A stretch of DNA of 64,000 nt from a virus (IMGVR_UViG_3300017751_000011:1-64000), one strand, 5' to 3'. Positions 52,404-61,399 are shown, counted from the first letter of the stretch. Made by a program: numbers and translations. Notes: a model not told the origin generated them from the sequence alone.

Positions 52404-54861
52404 TTTGTATAATGTTGTTTATGATGTCTTGAGACGAATTTTCTTCTTTCGCTACTTCCGCAGCCTCAGGAAGCTCTCCTCTATCGCCTTGTCTTTGAGA
52501 AATAAGTTTGCTCTGTTCAGCCGACTGCTTTTTTACTCTTTCGTCTTTTCTGTCTTCTTTCAAGACTTCAAGTTTTTCTTTAAACTCAGCGTCGTCAGTC
52601 TTAAATCCTAAGGTCGCTTGAGCCTTAATAATTTCTATCTCCTTCCTGTGCTCATGCTTAAGCACTTCCATCTGAGATTCCAACTGAGACTTCATTTGCT
52701 CCATTTGAGCATCAATCTGAGCTTTAGCTTGCATCTCCTGCATTTTAGCCTGGCTTTGGGCTTGAGAAGCTTGAGCTTGAGCCTGGGCCTGCATTTGAGA
52801 GTTCTGCTGCGCAATCTGCTGGTTTGCAGCCATTCTCTTTTTTCTCCTCACGACTAGAAGCCTCTCAGCTTGATTTATGTCCTTTAGCTGTCTGATAGCA
52901 ATAGCATCCTCTATGTCAAGCTCTTTTTGAGCAAGGGATACCTGTATATTCTGCTCTAAATACTGCTTCTCTACCTCCTCCATCTCCTTTACCACTTGCA
53001 CACCAAAGTTGTACATAGACAGGCTCTTAAAAGAGGACAGCGTCTTCATGTTTTCTTTTCCTATCGCGTTTTCGTAAGCTTTATGAAGAACCGACTCGAC
53101 GGGTATAATTTGAAGGCACTTGACGATGTCAGAGCAGACCTTCTTAAACAACACCATAGAGGAGTTGGTTATGTCATATATGGCATTATTTCCCGCAGCT
53201 ATAGCCTGCTGCCTAACCCCAACCAGAGCATCGCCTTTAGGTGACGACCCATCCATAGCCTCATTGATCCCAGTGGCATCTCTAATGAGCCTTAGGTAAT
53301 GGTTATACAAAGCGATGAACTCATTTATATTCCTGATACTGTTTCCTATCTCTCGAATAGGAGGGTTTTGAAAACCTCCCTCTGGGTTTTTACTTCTGTA
53401 GTAGAACACACCAGTCTGCTCGTAAATATCGTGAAGCTCTAAAGGCTGAAGCTCTCCTCCCTTTCCTAGCTGAACGTTCTCAAGACCTTCAATGTCAATG
53501 ATTATACCATCTGGCTTAGCTTTAGCGATGGCTTGCTGTATTTTAAGGTGCGTAAGCTGAAGTTGATCCGCAAAACCTATGCAGCTGTCAACCATAGACT
53601 TAGGGATCATATCCTCTATGTTTGTAGCTACAGCTGAATAAGAAAGGTTAGCACGAGAAATGTCATGCATATTTTTAGGGATATTTGTCTTCAGGCCATA
53701 GTCAAACAATTTGTCGCAACCCATTATAAACTTCCCTCCATACACTACCTCGTTTTCAAGGCACTCCATATTTCTTTTATACACAGAGCTAGATGACTGC
53801 TTGTAGCTATCCCCCTTAAAGTAAAACCCTGAGTTCCCATACCTGCTCTCCTTTTCTTCGAAGAACATCTTGTCTACGCTTTTAAACTCAAAGTCCATGA
53901 TCTCAACCATGTACTCGTCATAACCAAAAGATTGTTTGTTTAACCTGCTGTCAAACTTAGTCCTATTGAAGTTTGTGGTGTCGTAGTTATACTTCTTTGA
54001 GGCCTTCTCTGCAATCTCCTTGTACTCCTCTTCCGTAAACTGAGACCCCGCTATTCTTTTTAATTCCTGGATAGGAACCATATAAGTATGACCAGCGTAA
54101 ACTACATCTCCAAAATTAGGGTCTTCCGTTCTGCTATGTATAAATCTAGCGGGATCTACATAACTTGTTTTTATCCCGTAGCTAGGATCATTAGACCTTT
54201 TTACTACAGCCATTCCTAGTACAGCTATGTCATTTACACACCTCCGATATATAGAGTCATTAAAGTCATTCCACTTTAGTGTCATATTTGTGGCTATCTG
54301 AGCGGCCACTTCAGAAGAAGACTTTATGTTATTCCCCATAAATATTTCTGCCTCTTCAAGGGTCTCTGGAATTTCTTCCATTTCGGCAACGTCAACTCCA
54401 GTTTTTTCTTTGATTGCCTCCAGCTTCTTTTTGTTCTGGACGGCCATTTCAACCTTTTTTCTTTCTATGTCTTTTTCACTAGACGACAGAGGGTCAACTG
54501 CCTCAAGGTTAGGATATGGCTCACTAGAAAGTATCTTGTTTACTACAATTCTAACAAATTTGGGGAGAATAGGCACTGGACTAAAGTCCATGTTTAAGAA
54601 ACTGCCGTCTGAGTTGCTAGGGTCAAGGCTGCTCAGTAGCTGCCTGTATATAGAAGTATCTTGTGTCCCGTTAGCGTACTTTCTATTTTTCTCAAAGGTT
54701 CTAGACCTTTTATTTAGCGTAGAGTTTGAATTTTCAGAACTCCCCCACTGATTTGAAATAGCTTTCGCGTATTTCAGGCCGTAACTTTTTTCTGACTTTA
54801 ACTCTTTTGGAGCTAAGGGGTCAGGAAAGTTGATACTATTTTTTCCCTGATTGCCGTGCAT
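52390..54861 (-). CDS. portal protein (putative)
   Basis: An 823-aa ORF immediately downstream of the large terminase. C-terminal Gln/Ala/Glu-rich helical tail. The call is positional. Confidence 0.6.
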   Translation of the reverse strand: MHGNQGKNSINFPDPLAPKELKSEKSYGLKYAKAISNQWGSSENSNSTLNKRSRTFEKNRKYANGTQDTSIYRQLLSSLDPSNSDGSFLNMDFSPVPILPKFVRIVVNKILSSEPYPNLEAVDPLSSSEKDIERKKVEMAVQNKKKLEAIKEKTGVDVAEMEEIPETLEEAEIFMGNNIKSSSEVAAQIATNMTLKWNDFNDSIYRRCVNDIAVLGMAVVKRSNDPSYGIKTSYVDPARFIHSRTEDPNFGDVVYAGHTYMVPIQELKRIAGSQFTEEEYKEIAEKASKKYNYDTTNFNRTKFDSRLNKQSFGYDEYMVEIMDFEFKSVDKMFFEEKESRYGNSGFYFKGDSYKQSSSSVYKRNMECLENEVVYGGKFIMGCDKLFDYGLKTNIPKNMHDISRANLSYSAVATNIEDMIPKSMVDSCIGFADQLQLTHLKIQQAIAKAKPDGIIIDIEGLENVQLGKGGELQPLELHDIYEQTGVFYYRSKNPEGGFQNPPIREIGNSIRNINEFIALYNHYLRLIRDATGINEAMDGSSPKGDALVGVRQQAIAAGNNAIYDITNSSMVLFKKVCSDIVKCLQIIPVESVLHKAYENAIGKENMKTLSSFKSLSMYNFGVQVVKEMEEVEKQYLEQNIQVSLAQKELDIEDAIAIRQLKDINQAERLLVVRRKKRMAANQQIAQQNSQMQAQAQAQASQAQSQAKMQEMQAKAQIDAQMEQMKSQLESQMEVLKHEHRKEIEIIKAQATLGFKTDDAEFKEKLEVLKEDRKDERVKKQSAEQSKLISQRQGDRGELPEAAEVAKEENSSQDIINNIIQNGQG

Positions 54862-54868
54862 CTATCGG

Positions 54869-54876
54869 CAAATATA
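54869..54876 (-). promoter_or_regulatory. late-type -7 box TATATTTG
   Basis: Exact octamer 7 nt upstream of the portal ATG. Confidence 0.5.
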
Positions 54877-54882
54877 GTGAAA

Positions 54883-57000
54883 CTAGCGATGCCACTCTTT
54901 TATCTTAGACTTCCTGAAAAACTTCTTGTCGTTGAAATTCGAGGTCTTTTTTAATTGCTTTGATTTTTGAGCAGCAAGAAGAGCCAACCCAGAACTTATT
55001 GTAAGGTCATACTTTGTTCTGTTGGTTATTTTGTACCCTATCCAGTCCTCTAAAGTCCTGTTAAAATACATGTTCCCGAAGTCAGCTGTTTCTGGCTTTA
55101 CACCTACGTGATTATGAATATATGTTTCTATCGCATGAGCATGAGCCTGAATAACGTCCTGAGAGTTAGAGGGTATTCCTTTTGTTTTCACGTTTGATTT
55201 CGTATTAGCCGAAAGCAAGTGAGCTGGCCTATCCATTAAATATCCATCATATCCTCTTGTCTCAAAATACCGAACTATACCGTATTTGTTGTTTTCTACA
55301 AGTAATGGATATCCGTAGTAGAAAGAAGCCATTAAAACGTCTTCATAGAAAATGCTGGCTAAGTCTGGTCTTGAGGCGTACTCCAGAACAAACATGCTGT
55401 CTGGAAAATCACTGTTCATACTAAACTTGTTATACAAATGAAGGGCTCCTTTAGATCCCCTTCCGTCAACCGTCTCATCCAAGTCATACGAGTCTACACC
55501 CCCAACACCATACTGGTAATTTAAAGGCTTTTTCTTTCCTCTATCTTCAGTATACTTGTTTCTATGGCTGGTCGGTGGTTGCCAAGACAGCTTAAATCTC
55601 CCCCGTGGGTCGGGTGAAAATATAACCTCTTTGTCTTTCACCTTCCACATAAAGTTTCCAGTGACTACTGGGTCAGGGTAAAGGTTGTTATTCCAATCAA
55701 CCTGCTGGTATATTTTTCCAATATTGAATATACTCCCCTCTATGCTGTCTCGAAACGCCTCCTCTTCCGTAAGAGGGAATTGTCTTATGACCTCGTTAAG
55801 TTCAGATGGATCGTGGTTTAAGCTCTGTCTTTCGTTTTTTAAATACTCTAGACTGCCCTGCCCTACCATCTCCCCATCTACCCCCATAACCTGATTTCCA
55901 TCAGACAGGCTATCCAAAACAGGATTGCCATACTCATCAAAAAACCCTTCAAGAGCATAAGAAGCAGGGATAAAAATACGATATAGGCCGCTTCGGGTTC
56001 TTCCGTTCGCGTTTCTTTCTCCTGGGTCTGAGTCCTCCCAAAGGTTTTTATATTCTTCACCTCCTTTATTCATTGGGTTGACGGTGCTGCCAACCATTGC
56101 TTTTCCCACTACCCTTTTACCAACGATAAGACATGTCCTTTCAATTCTCCATGCCTCCTTTATGTCTACTGGCTTCTCCCATTTTCCTGCCTCGTCGAGG
56201 TACAGCATGTGCAGCTTTTCTCCGTCGTAGGCATTATTGGTTGTGTTTTTCCAGTTGATGATAGTGTTGAGAGCGTCCCCCTTTTGTGACGTCTTATTCT
56301 TCTTGGTGATTCGTTTTGATGGTTCCCGAAAAGCGAGTTCCATACGTGGGTTCGTAGTGCCATCCTGAATAGGTTTAAAGAAGAATGGGTAACTCCGAAA
56401 CATCGGAATTACTTTCTTCATGAATATATTCTCCTGAGCATCCTTACCAGTCTTTGACTGGATGCCCAAGAGCTTGTCTTTAACTTGCGTAGCCTCGTCA
56501 ACAAGTACAGAGGCACAGATATTAGTATAGCCAGAACGCCTACACTTAGTATATAGCTGACCGATACAACGGGAATCAGCTTCACACGCAGCCATGTGAA
56601 TAAATATCTCACGCTGGAAGGCAAGGTACGAAGGAAATCCGATATCAATCTTACTCCACTGAAGGAACATATAGTGCCTCCCTGTAATGTACGTAGGCAA
56701 GCCATTGTTGTAAAACCAAACACCGTTACGCCTGCGCTCAAACTCCTTTTCGATATAAGCAGAAAACTTCTTTCGAAATTCGGAAGGCTTTTCGAACCAC
56801 TCATCCATACTTCTAACCCTCGACAACTCCTGGGGCATAGGTATGCGTTTCCACATCTGCATCCCTTTTGGCTTGTCATGGAAGAGTATTTCAGATCGCT
56901 TTGGCTTTTTCGGAAGACCAATGTCAAGGCCGTGGAACTCAAGTACCTCTCCTTTTTTGCCCTCAGGGTCCAGCCAAATAGTGTCATCGGACTTGTCCAT
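54883..57000 (-). CDS. terL: terminase large subunit
   Basis: Walker A-like CRRSGYTN, Walker B MLYLDEAGK and nuclease-region GVGGVDSYD. Length 705 aa, located upstream of the portal. Confidence 0.8.
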   Translation of the reverse strand: MDKSDDTIWLDPEGKKGEVLEFHGLDIGLPKKPKRSEILFHDKPKGMQMWKRIPMPQELSRVRSMDEWFEKPSEFRKKFSAYIEKEFERRRNGVWFYNNGLPTYITGRHYMFLQWSKIDIGFPSYLAFQREIFIHMAACEADSRCIGQLYTKCRRSGYTNICASVLVDEATQVKDKLLGIQSKTGKDAQENIFMKKVIPMFRSYPFFFKPIQDGTTNPRMELAFREPSKRITKKNKTSQKGDALNTIINWKNTTNNAYDGEKLHMLYLDEAGKWEKPVDIKEAWRIERTCLIVGKRVVGKAMVGSTVNPMNKGGEEYKNLWEDSDPGERNANGRTRSGLYRIFIPASYALEGFFDEYGNPVLDSLSDGNQVMGVDGEMVGQGSLEYLKNERQSLNHDPSELNEVIRQFPLTEEEAFRDSIEGSIFNIGKIYQQVDWNNNLYPDPVVTGNFMWKVKDKEVIFSPDPRGRFKLSWQPPTSHRNKYTEDRGKKKPLNYQYGVGGVDSYDLDETVDGRGSKGALHLYNKFSMNSDFPDSMFVLEYASRPDLASIFYEDVLMASFYYGYPLLVENNKYGIVRYFETRGYDGYLMDRPAHLLSANTKSNVKTKGIPSNSQDVIQAHAHAIETYIHNHVGVKPETADFGNMYFNRTLEDWIGYKITNRTKYDLTISSGLALLAAQKSKQLKKTSNFNDKKFFRKSKIKEWHR

Positions 57001-57163
57001 ACCTGTTGCTTCTAAATGAAGGGACCCCAGACTTTTTGTCTAATAGCTCCATGTACTTGCCGCATTCACACTTTACGTCGTGGCGGACAACACCGTCTAT
57101 AACCTTAATGGTTACCCCAGACACTTCAGACTCCTTCCCGCACTCACACTTGTATTTACTCAT
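56984..57163 (-). CDS. zinc-ribbon protein (59 aa, not in ORF track)
   Basis: Hand translation gives MSKYKCECGKESEV...VKCECGKYMELLDKK..., with two CxCG knuckles. Overlaps the terL start by 17 nt. Confidence 0.5.
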   Translation of the reverse strand: MSKYKCECGKESEVSGVTIKVIDGVVRHDVKCECGKYMELLDKKSGVPSFRSNRYGQVR

Positions 57164-57177
57164 TATAAATTTAATTG

Positions 57178-57251
57178 TACCCCCACCTGGACTCGAACCA
57201 GGGACCTACAGCTTAGAAGGCTGTTGCTCTATCCAGCTGAGCTATAGAGGC
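57178..57251 (-). tRNA. tRNA-Arg (anticodon UCU)
   Basis: Acceptor GCCTCTA/TGGGGGT (three G-U pairs), D arm GCTC-AGCTGGATA-GAGC, anticodon arm ACAGC-CTTCTAA-GCTGT, T arm CCTGG-TTCGAGT-CCAGG. Confidence 0.85.
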
Positions 57252-57256
57252 GTAAG

Positions 57257-58567
57257 TTAATTAACTAAAGTTACACTCCCTTTAAGTCTTATCGACACTT
57301 CCCTTTCCCCCCTAGCGTTTATAATCCAGGAATAAACTCCGTTAGGCGAGTAGTGACTTCCCTCATAAACAGACCCGTCCCACTTTTTAGACGGGTCATC
57401 CGACCTAAATACTATGTCTCCCCATCTACTGAACACAATCATTTCCCACTCTATCCAGTGATTAGGATCTTGTGTCACAGCAAAAAAGGCATCGTTTACA
57501 CCGTCGTTATTGGGTGAAAAAGCATTAGGCACATATATAACTTGCTCTTGTCCTATTCCTGGGGGGTCCTCGTCACAAAGGTCCCCTGTGATACAATCGA
57601 TCCATATTTCTTGGACTACGTATTCGTATATGGTGTCTTTTTGATACACATATGTGGTGTCAAAAACGTATGTGGTGTCGTTTACATACACGTATGTGGT
57701 GTCATATATATACTCTGACTCATACAAAGTATCTGTCAAATACACCTCTATTGTATCGGGAGGCAGCTCTACATACTGAGTCAAAGTATCTACTTGATAC
57801 ACAGTATCCGTAGTGTAGTACCATACGTCAATATACAGGGTGTCAGTTAAATACGTGGTGTCGTTAAAGTAATACTCTATGGTGTCTGGGGGTAGCTCTA
57901 CATAAACTGTATCTACTACATAAATCGGATCTTCCTGTTCGCAGGACACCCACCAGTTTTCAAGCTCCTGGTCAGGATACGAGCCTGTAGAGCCCCACTC
58001 AGTTCCATCCCCGTTGACTCCTGTAGTAGCCCATCCTCCATCGGCAGCATACCATGTATTGGAGTAGTTTATTTGCCAAACTACAATCTCAATGCACTCA
58101 CCTAAGCCGACCCAATAGTCTATAAACTGTGGGGCGCAGCAGCTCTGTCCCCCCGTCAGAAAAGGGTCGTTCTCACAGTCCGTTTCATAGGGGTTGTCTA
58201 ACTGCATTACCACCGTGTCTCCAGAGTACAGCGGCATATCTATATCAAAGTCACTTCCCCAGTTACTGAGCATGGAGTTTAAGCTGACCCCATAAGTCCA
58301 TCCCAAGTGATTGGAATTGGGTGACATATCACAAGGCCCAGGGGGGTCCCAAGCCTCATCAACCCCTGGGACGTGCATCCCAATCATCAGCATGTTTATT
58401 GCCCCTGAAGTAGCCTGATAGCCCTGCATTCCGCAACCTTCGCTATTGACTATCTCTAGAGTCACCTCGTAGGTGTTTAAGTTGACGTCAATAATGTCTA
58501 CATCACATTGGGCAGAAGAAGCGGTACTCAACACAAGTAGACAAATGGCAAATAGTCTTTCTTTCAT
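57257..58567 (-). CDS. secreted protein with T9SS type-B C-terminal sorting domain (gliding-motility-associated CTD)
   Basis: Signal peptide MKERLFAICLLVLSTASSAQ. C-terminus VPNAFSPNNDGVNDAFF...VFSRWGDIVF...KWDGS...SPNGVYSW...KGSVTLVN matches the PNvFTPNGDGiND...NRWG...WdG...G.Y TIGR04131-type pattern. The central region has DT(T/L)Y(V/I) repeats. The track start at 58576 is a TTG; the first ATG is at 58567. Confidence 0.8.
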   Translation of the reverse strand: MKERLFAICLLVLSTASSAQCDVDIIDVNLNTYEVTLEIVNSEGCGMQGYQATSGAINMLMIGMHVPGVDEAWDPPGPCDMSPNSNHLGWTYGVSLNSMLSNWGSDFDIDMPLYSGDTVVMQLDNPYETDCENDPFLTGGQSCCAPQFIDYWVGLGECIEIVVWQINYSNTWYAADGGWATTGVNGDGTEWGSTGSYPDQELENWWVSCEQEDPIYVVDTVYVELPPDTIEYYFNDTTYLTDTLYIDVWYYTTDTVYQVDTLTQYVELPPDTIEVYLTDTLYESEYIYDTTYVYVNDTTYVFDTTYVYQKDTIYEYVVQEIWIDCITGDLCDEDPPGIGQEQVIYVPNAFSPNNDGVNDAFFAVTQDPNHWIEWEMIVFSRWGDIVFRSDDPSKKWDGSVYEGSHYSPNGVYSWIINARGEREVSIRLKGSVTLVN

Positions 58568-58581
58568 TCTATTCAATTATG

Positions 58582-58658
58582 TCGGCGAGGTGGGGATTGA
58601 ACCCACATGTGACCGATTACTCTTTCTACAAGATATAAGCTTGAGGAGATACTCACCG
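58582..58658 (-). pseudogene. degenerate tRNA (tRNA remnant)
   Basis: Intact 7-bp acceptor stem CGGTGAG/CTCGCCG (one G-U) and canonical T arm GTGGG-TTCAATC-CCCAC. No D arm or 5-bp anticodon stem can be drawn in the 45 nt between them. Confidence 0.5.
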
Positions 58659-58664
58659 ATGTTA

Positions 58665-58883
58665 TCACTTACTGCTTCTTTTTTTAGGCCTGTTGTTTGC
58701 CCTGTTTAAAGAAGCCTTAATAAATCTCTTTATCTTACCACCTTCGTGAGCGGCGTCCAAGCCATCACCGTTACCATACGTCCCCTTTTTTCGGTTATGC
58801 TGATTGAGTTCCGCTCGGTACTTTTTAGCAGCCTCGGTTTTACCGTACTTTTCATACTCTTTTTTGTAATTCCTAGCTTTCAT
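58665..58883 (-). CDS. small basic protein (72 aa; alternative GTG start at 58973)
   Basis: MKARNYKKEYEKYGKTEAAKKYRAELNQHNRKKGTYGNGDGLDAAHEGG... Confidence 0.55.
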   Translation of the reverse strand: MKARNYKKEYEKYGKTEAAKKYRAELNQHNRKKGTYGNGDGLDAAHEGGKIKRFIKASLNRANNRPKKRSSK

Positions 58884-58969
58884 ACTCTCCGTTCCATTCC
58901 TCGTTAAAGTAAACGTGGTTATTGTTAAGCGAAGATACCCAATTAAATGATCCAGAATATAGAGTATGG

Positions 58970-59293
58970 TCACTTGCTGAATTTCTCCGCAAACCCTCCT
59001 GAGTAGTCTTTATCTTCTTCAATTTTTCCATTTTCGCTTAGTTCTTTCACCATTTGCTCAAGAGATTGTCTTTCTCTAATTAAGTCCTTGCAGTCTACAG
59101 CGGTCTGCTTAACTGACTGAAGTTCTGCCTTGCGAGCGCTTCCGTTTACGTCCTGGTCTACAGGTTTTTTCACTTCTTCAATCATGTTCGATATAGCTAT
59201 AGCCATAGCGTCCATAAGCTTTATTGCGGCCTCAAGGGTGCTGAACCTTGTAGAGGAGTTCCGAGATCGCGACCCTGTAGTATTCTTTGTCAT
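58970..59293 (-). CDS. hypothetical protein (107 aa; alternative start 59215)
   Basis: The track start at 59296 is a TTG; ATG at 59293. Overlaps the 3' end of the upstream gene. Confidence 0.5.
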   Translation of the reverse strand: MTKNTTGSRSRNSSTRFSTLEAAIKLMDAMAIAISNMIEEVKKPVDQDVNGSARKAELQSVKQTAVDCKDLIRERQSLEQMVKELSENGKIEEDKDYSGGFAEKFSK

Positions 59294-59822
59294 CAATTTT
59301 AATTCTGTAATCCCTGTTTTTCTTAAACCCTACAATATCTCCTTTTGATACACCTATAAGTTTCAGCTCAGGGGTAGAAAAAGAAACTACCCCCTGGGTT
59401 ACTACTTTCTCTTTTAAGTCTACAACCTCTATTATTTCAGAAGGTCTTTCAATATCTTCTTCAACAGGCTCAAGTAGACTCCAGCCCTTAAGGGGGCGGA
59501 CAATATTGTCTTCTTTGCTTTTGTATGCAATCGCTTGGCTTGAAGCCGCATGATTGTCATCGTAGTTGACGAGGTAGTGATTGTCTTCTTCAACAAGTGG
59601 GCTACCACCATGTATAACCACGTGATGATGAAAGTAAACCGTATCTCCAGCCTTCGCGCCAGTTTCATGCTTAAGTGGAGCAGAGACCACAATGCCCTCC
59701 GTAGTTCTTCTTTCAAATTCATTAAACTTAGTCTCTATAAAAAGTTCTAGCCCACTTTCCGTTTTAATGGTGTCCTGAAGCTTATTTTCTATCTCTACAA
59801 CAAAGTCTGTAAGTGACTGCAT
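59232..59822 (-). CDS. tandem GroES/Cpn10-like protein (putative co-chaperonin)
   Basis: The second half, PLKGWSLLEPVEE...TQGVVSFS...GVSKGDIVGFKKNRDYRIKIDDKEYYRVAISELLYKV, follows the GroES pattern (PL.drvLv...G.vvavG...v.vGD.V.f....g.ev..dg.eY.i....dIl). The first half is similar (EGIVVSAP...AKAGDTVYF). Confidence 0.45.
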   Translation of the reverse strand: MQSLTDFVVEIENKLQDTIKTESGLELFIETKFNEFERRTTEGIVVSAPLKHETGAKAGDTVYFHHHVVIHGGSPLVEEDNHYLVNYDDNHAASSQAIAYKSKEDNIVRPLKGWSLLEPVEEDIERPSEIIEVVDLKEKVVTQGVVSFSTPELKLIGVSKGDIVGFKKNRDYRIKIDDKEYYRVAISELLYKVQHP

Positions 59823-59825
59823 TTA

Positions 59826-60062
59826 TTAAAAGTTCAAATCGTATTCAAGAAGGCAGGGCATATCGTCTATTGCTTTCCACAATACTGTTCCCTCATCATT
59901 CTCTATATATACTAAGTAACGGCATTTTCCGTGCTTATGCAAATAAGACTCGTCTTGGATTATGGCCGTAACCTTTCCGTCACCAGCTCTCATTCCGCAG
60001 TAATAGGCCATCCCGTTTTTAGGGTCTTTACCTATAACTATCTTTCTAATTAGTCCATCCAT
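59826..60062 (-). CDS. hypothetical protein (78 aa)
   Basis: ATG ORF, coupled to the upstream gene. Confidence 0.55.
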   Translation of the reverse strand: MDGLIRKIVIGKDPKNGMAYYCGMRAGDGKVTAIIQDESYLHKHGKCRYLVYIENDEGTVLWKAIDDMPCLLEYDLNF

Positions 60063-60367
60063 TAGTTTAGTGATATACCAAGGTCAGAAAGCAAGTCGTC
60101 TAGATCAGAAGGCTCATCCTCAAACTGGGCGCTCATTATCTCCTTAATTATCTCTAGCTCGTCTCTACTGTCTAAGTTGTAGCTAAACACACTTTTTAGC
60201 TCTACCGAATCCCCTTCTTCTGGCTCTTTACTTAGGTCTGTGTCTAAAACCCCTATGACAATAGAGGACATTACTTTATCTTCATACTCGTATGAACGGA
60301 TTAATTCCTCTATTTTAGAGACTAACTCGTATACCTCAGAGATAAACTGCTTGTCTTTTGAATTCAT
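60062..60367 (-). CDS. highly acidic small protein (101 aa)
   Basis: About 30 percent Asp and Glu. First leftward gene after the divergent junction. The octamer TATCTTTA (one mismatch to TAnnTTTG) lies just upstream. Confidence 0.55.
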   Translation of the reverse strand: MNSKDKQFISEVYELVSKIEELIRSYEYEDKVMSSIVIGVLDTDLSKEPEEGDSVELKSVFSYNLDSRDELEIIKEIMSAQFEDEPSDLDDLLSDLGISLN

Positions 60368-60386
60368 TTACTAAAGATACATACTA

Positions 60387-60803
60387 ATGCCAAGATCTAC
60401 AGTTAGCAAAAAGAAGATGTTTAGGGAGTTTTCTGTGCTAAAAGACAAGTATATAAGCAAAAACCACCTTAAAAACCTTCATTCGTCAAGAAGAGACTTC
60501 TGCGACCACAATCAAATACTCTGGAGCCACCTAGAATTTCTTCTGTGGGGATACGACCTAGAGTTTTTTACCATAGACTACGCCGCGTCAGAGTACGGAA
60601 TGAATAGAAGCAACATGGCCAACAGAGTGATATACCCTCTAGCTCAGCAAGACCTTATTTACAAGCACTTTGAAAGGCTCACCCCTTCTAAAAACATGGA
60701 TGACCACTTATTTAGAGAGGAAACTAAGTATAACTATAGAGTGCGGTACGGACTGTCTCAGAAAGCTAGACTTATGGTGCAACGGTTTTACCAAACCCTA
60801 TAG
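60387..60803 (+). CDS. putative winged-helix DNA-binding regulator (138 aa)
   Basis: Rightward gene inside the leftward arm. The segment HLEFLLWGYDLEFFTIDYAASEYGMNRSNMANRVIYPLAQQDLIYK has MarR-like wHTH spacing. Confidence 0.4.
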   Translation: MPRSTVSKKKMFREFSVLKDKYISKNHLKNLHSSRRDFCDHNQILWSHLEFLLWGYDLEFFTIDYAASEYGMNRSNMANRVIYPLAQQDLIYKHFERLTPSKNMDDHLFREETKYNYRVRYGLSQKARLMVQRFYQTL

Positions 60804-61255
60804 GTTGTTCCTGGGTACTTGACGTCCTTGTACGCCTTTAAGACTCGACCTCTGTTTTCGGATGGAGAGTTGTATGAGACATGAACCCAGTCGGGATTGG
60901 TGTCATCACCAAACTCCCATATGAGCTGATCGAAATCCAAGCACTCTTTGATATAGAAGAATATGTCTGCATTACTTATTTTCCCAAATACATCAGCATC
61001 CAAATCCAAAGCGCGACCTTGACAATGCTGAGAGGTAGCGCTGCCCCCAATCGAACTGTTGAGCTTTGGGGATCTGTACCCTGACGACACGTATATCGGG
61101 ACTTCAAAGTGATCTCGGAGAGGTTGAAAGACATGTCCTGCTACTAGCTTGAGGTTAGTTATCTGAGGGTCGTCAGGCGCGTTTTTTAGTCCTAGGCGCT
61201 TTGCCGTCGTGCTTCTTACCGCCTCTCTTAGACTCAAATTTTTGGACAATTTCAT
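60788..61255 (-). CDS. endolysin, peptidase M15 (zinc D-Ala-D-Ala / L-Ala-D-Glu peptidase family)
   Basis: SSGYRSPKLNSSIGGSATSQHCQGRALDLD and DWVHVSY carry the H-x6-D...H zinc ligand pattern of the Peptidase_M15_3/4 families. Confidence 0.85.
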   Translation of the reverse strand: MKLSKNLSLREAVRSTTAKRLGLKNAPDDPQITNLKLVAGHVFQPLRDHFEVPIYVSSGYRSPKLNSSIGGSATSQHCQGRALDLDADVFGKISNADIFFYIKECLDFDQLIWEFGDDTNPDWVHVSYNSPSENRGRVLKAYKDVKYPGTTYRVW

Positions 61256-61399
61256 TCTGCTTTTTGTTAAAGTCTTTTTGTTTCAATCTTGGATTAAAGT
61301 ATCCTTTACTGCCCATAGTTAACACCGATTAACAAGGCCAAAATTTGGAAATACGAGAAGTTATTCATAGACTGAGATCAGCGAACAAAACTAAGCACT

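Noticed and set aside
56418-56987. 189-aa same-strand alternative frame inside terL (and 56596-57015 on the plus strand)
   Set aside because: The terL frame carries the Walker and nuclease motifs. The alternative frames have no independent support.
58582-58658. The tRNA remnant as an attP site of a temperate phage
   Set aside because: No integrase, excisionase or repressor-like gene is present anywhere in the 64 kb. The element retains both halves of the acceptor stem rather than only a 3' tRNA fragment.
61176-61316. 47-aa basic ORF overlapping the endolysin start (minus strand, different frame)
   Set aside because: It overlaps about 80 nt of the well-supported endolysin gene out of frame and has no promoter box. 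Probably spurious.
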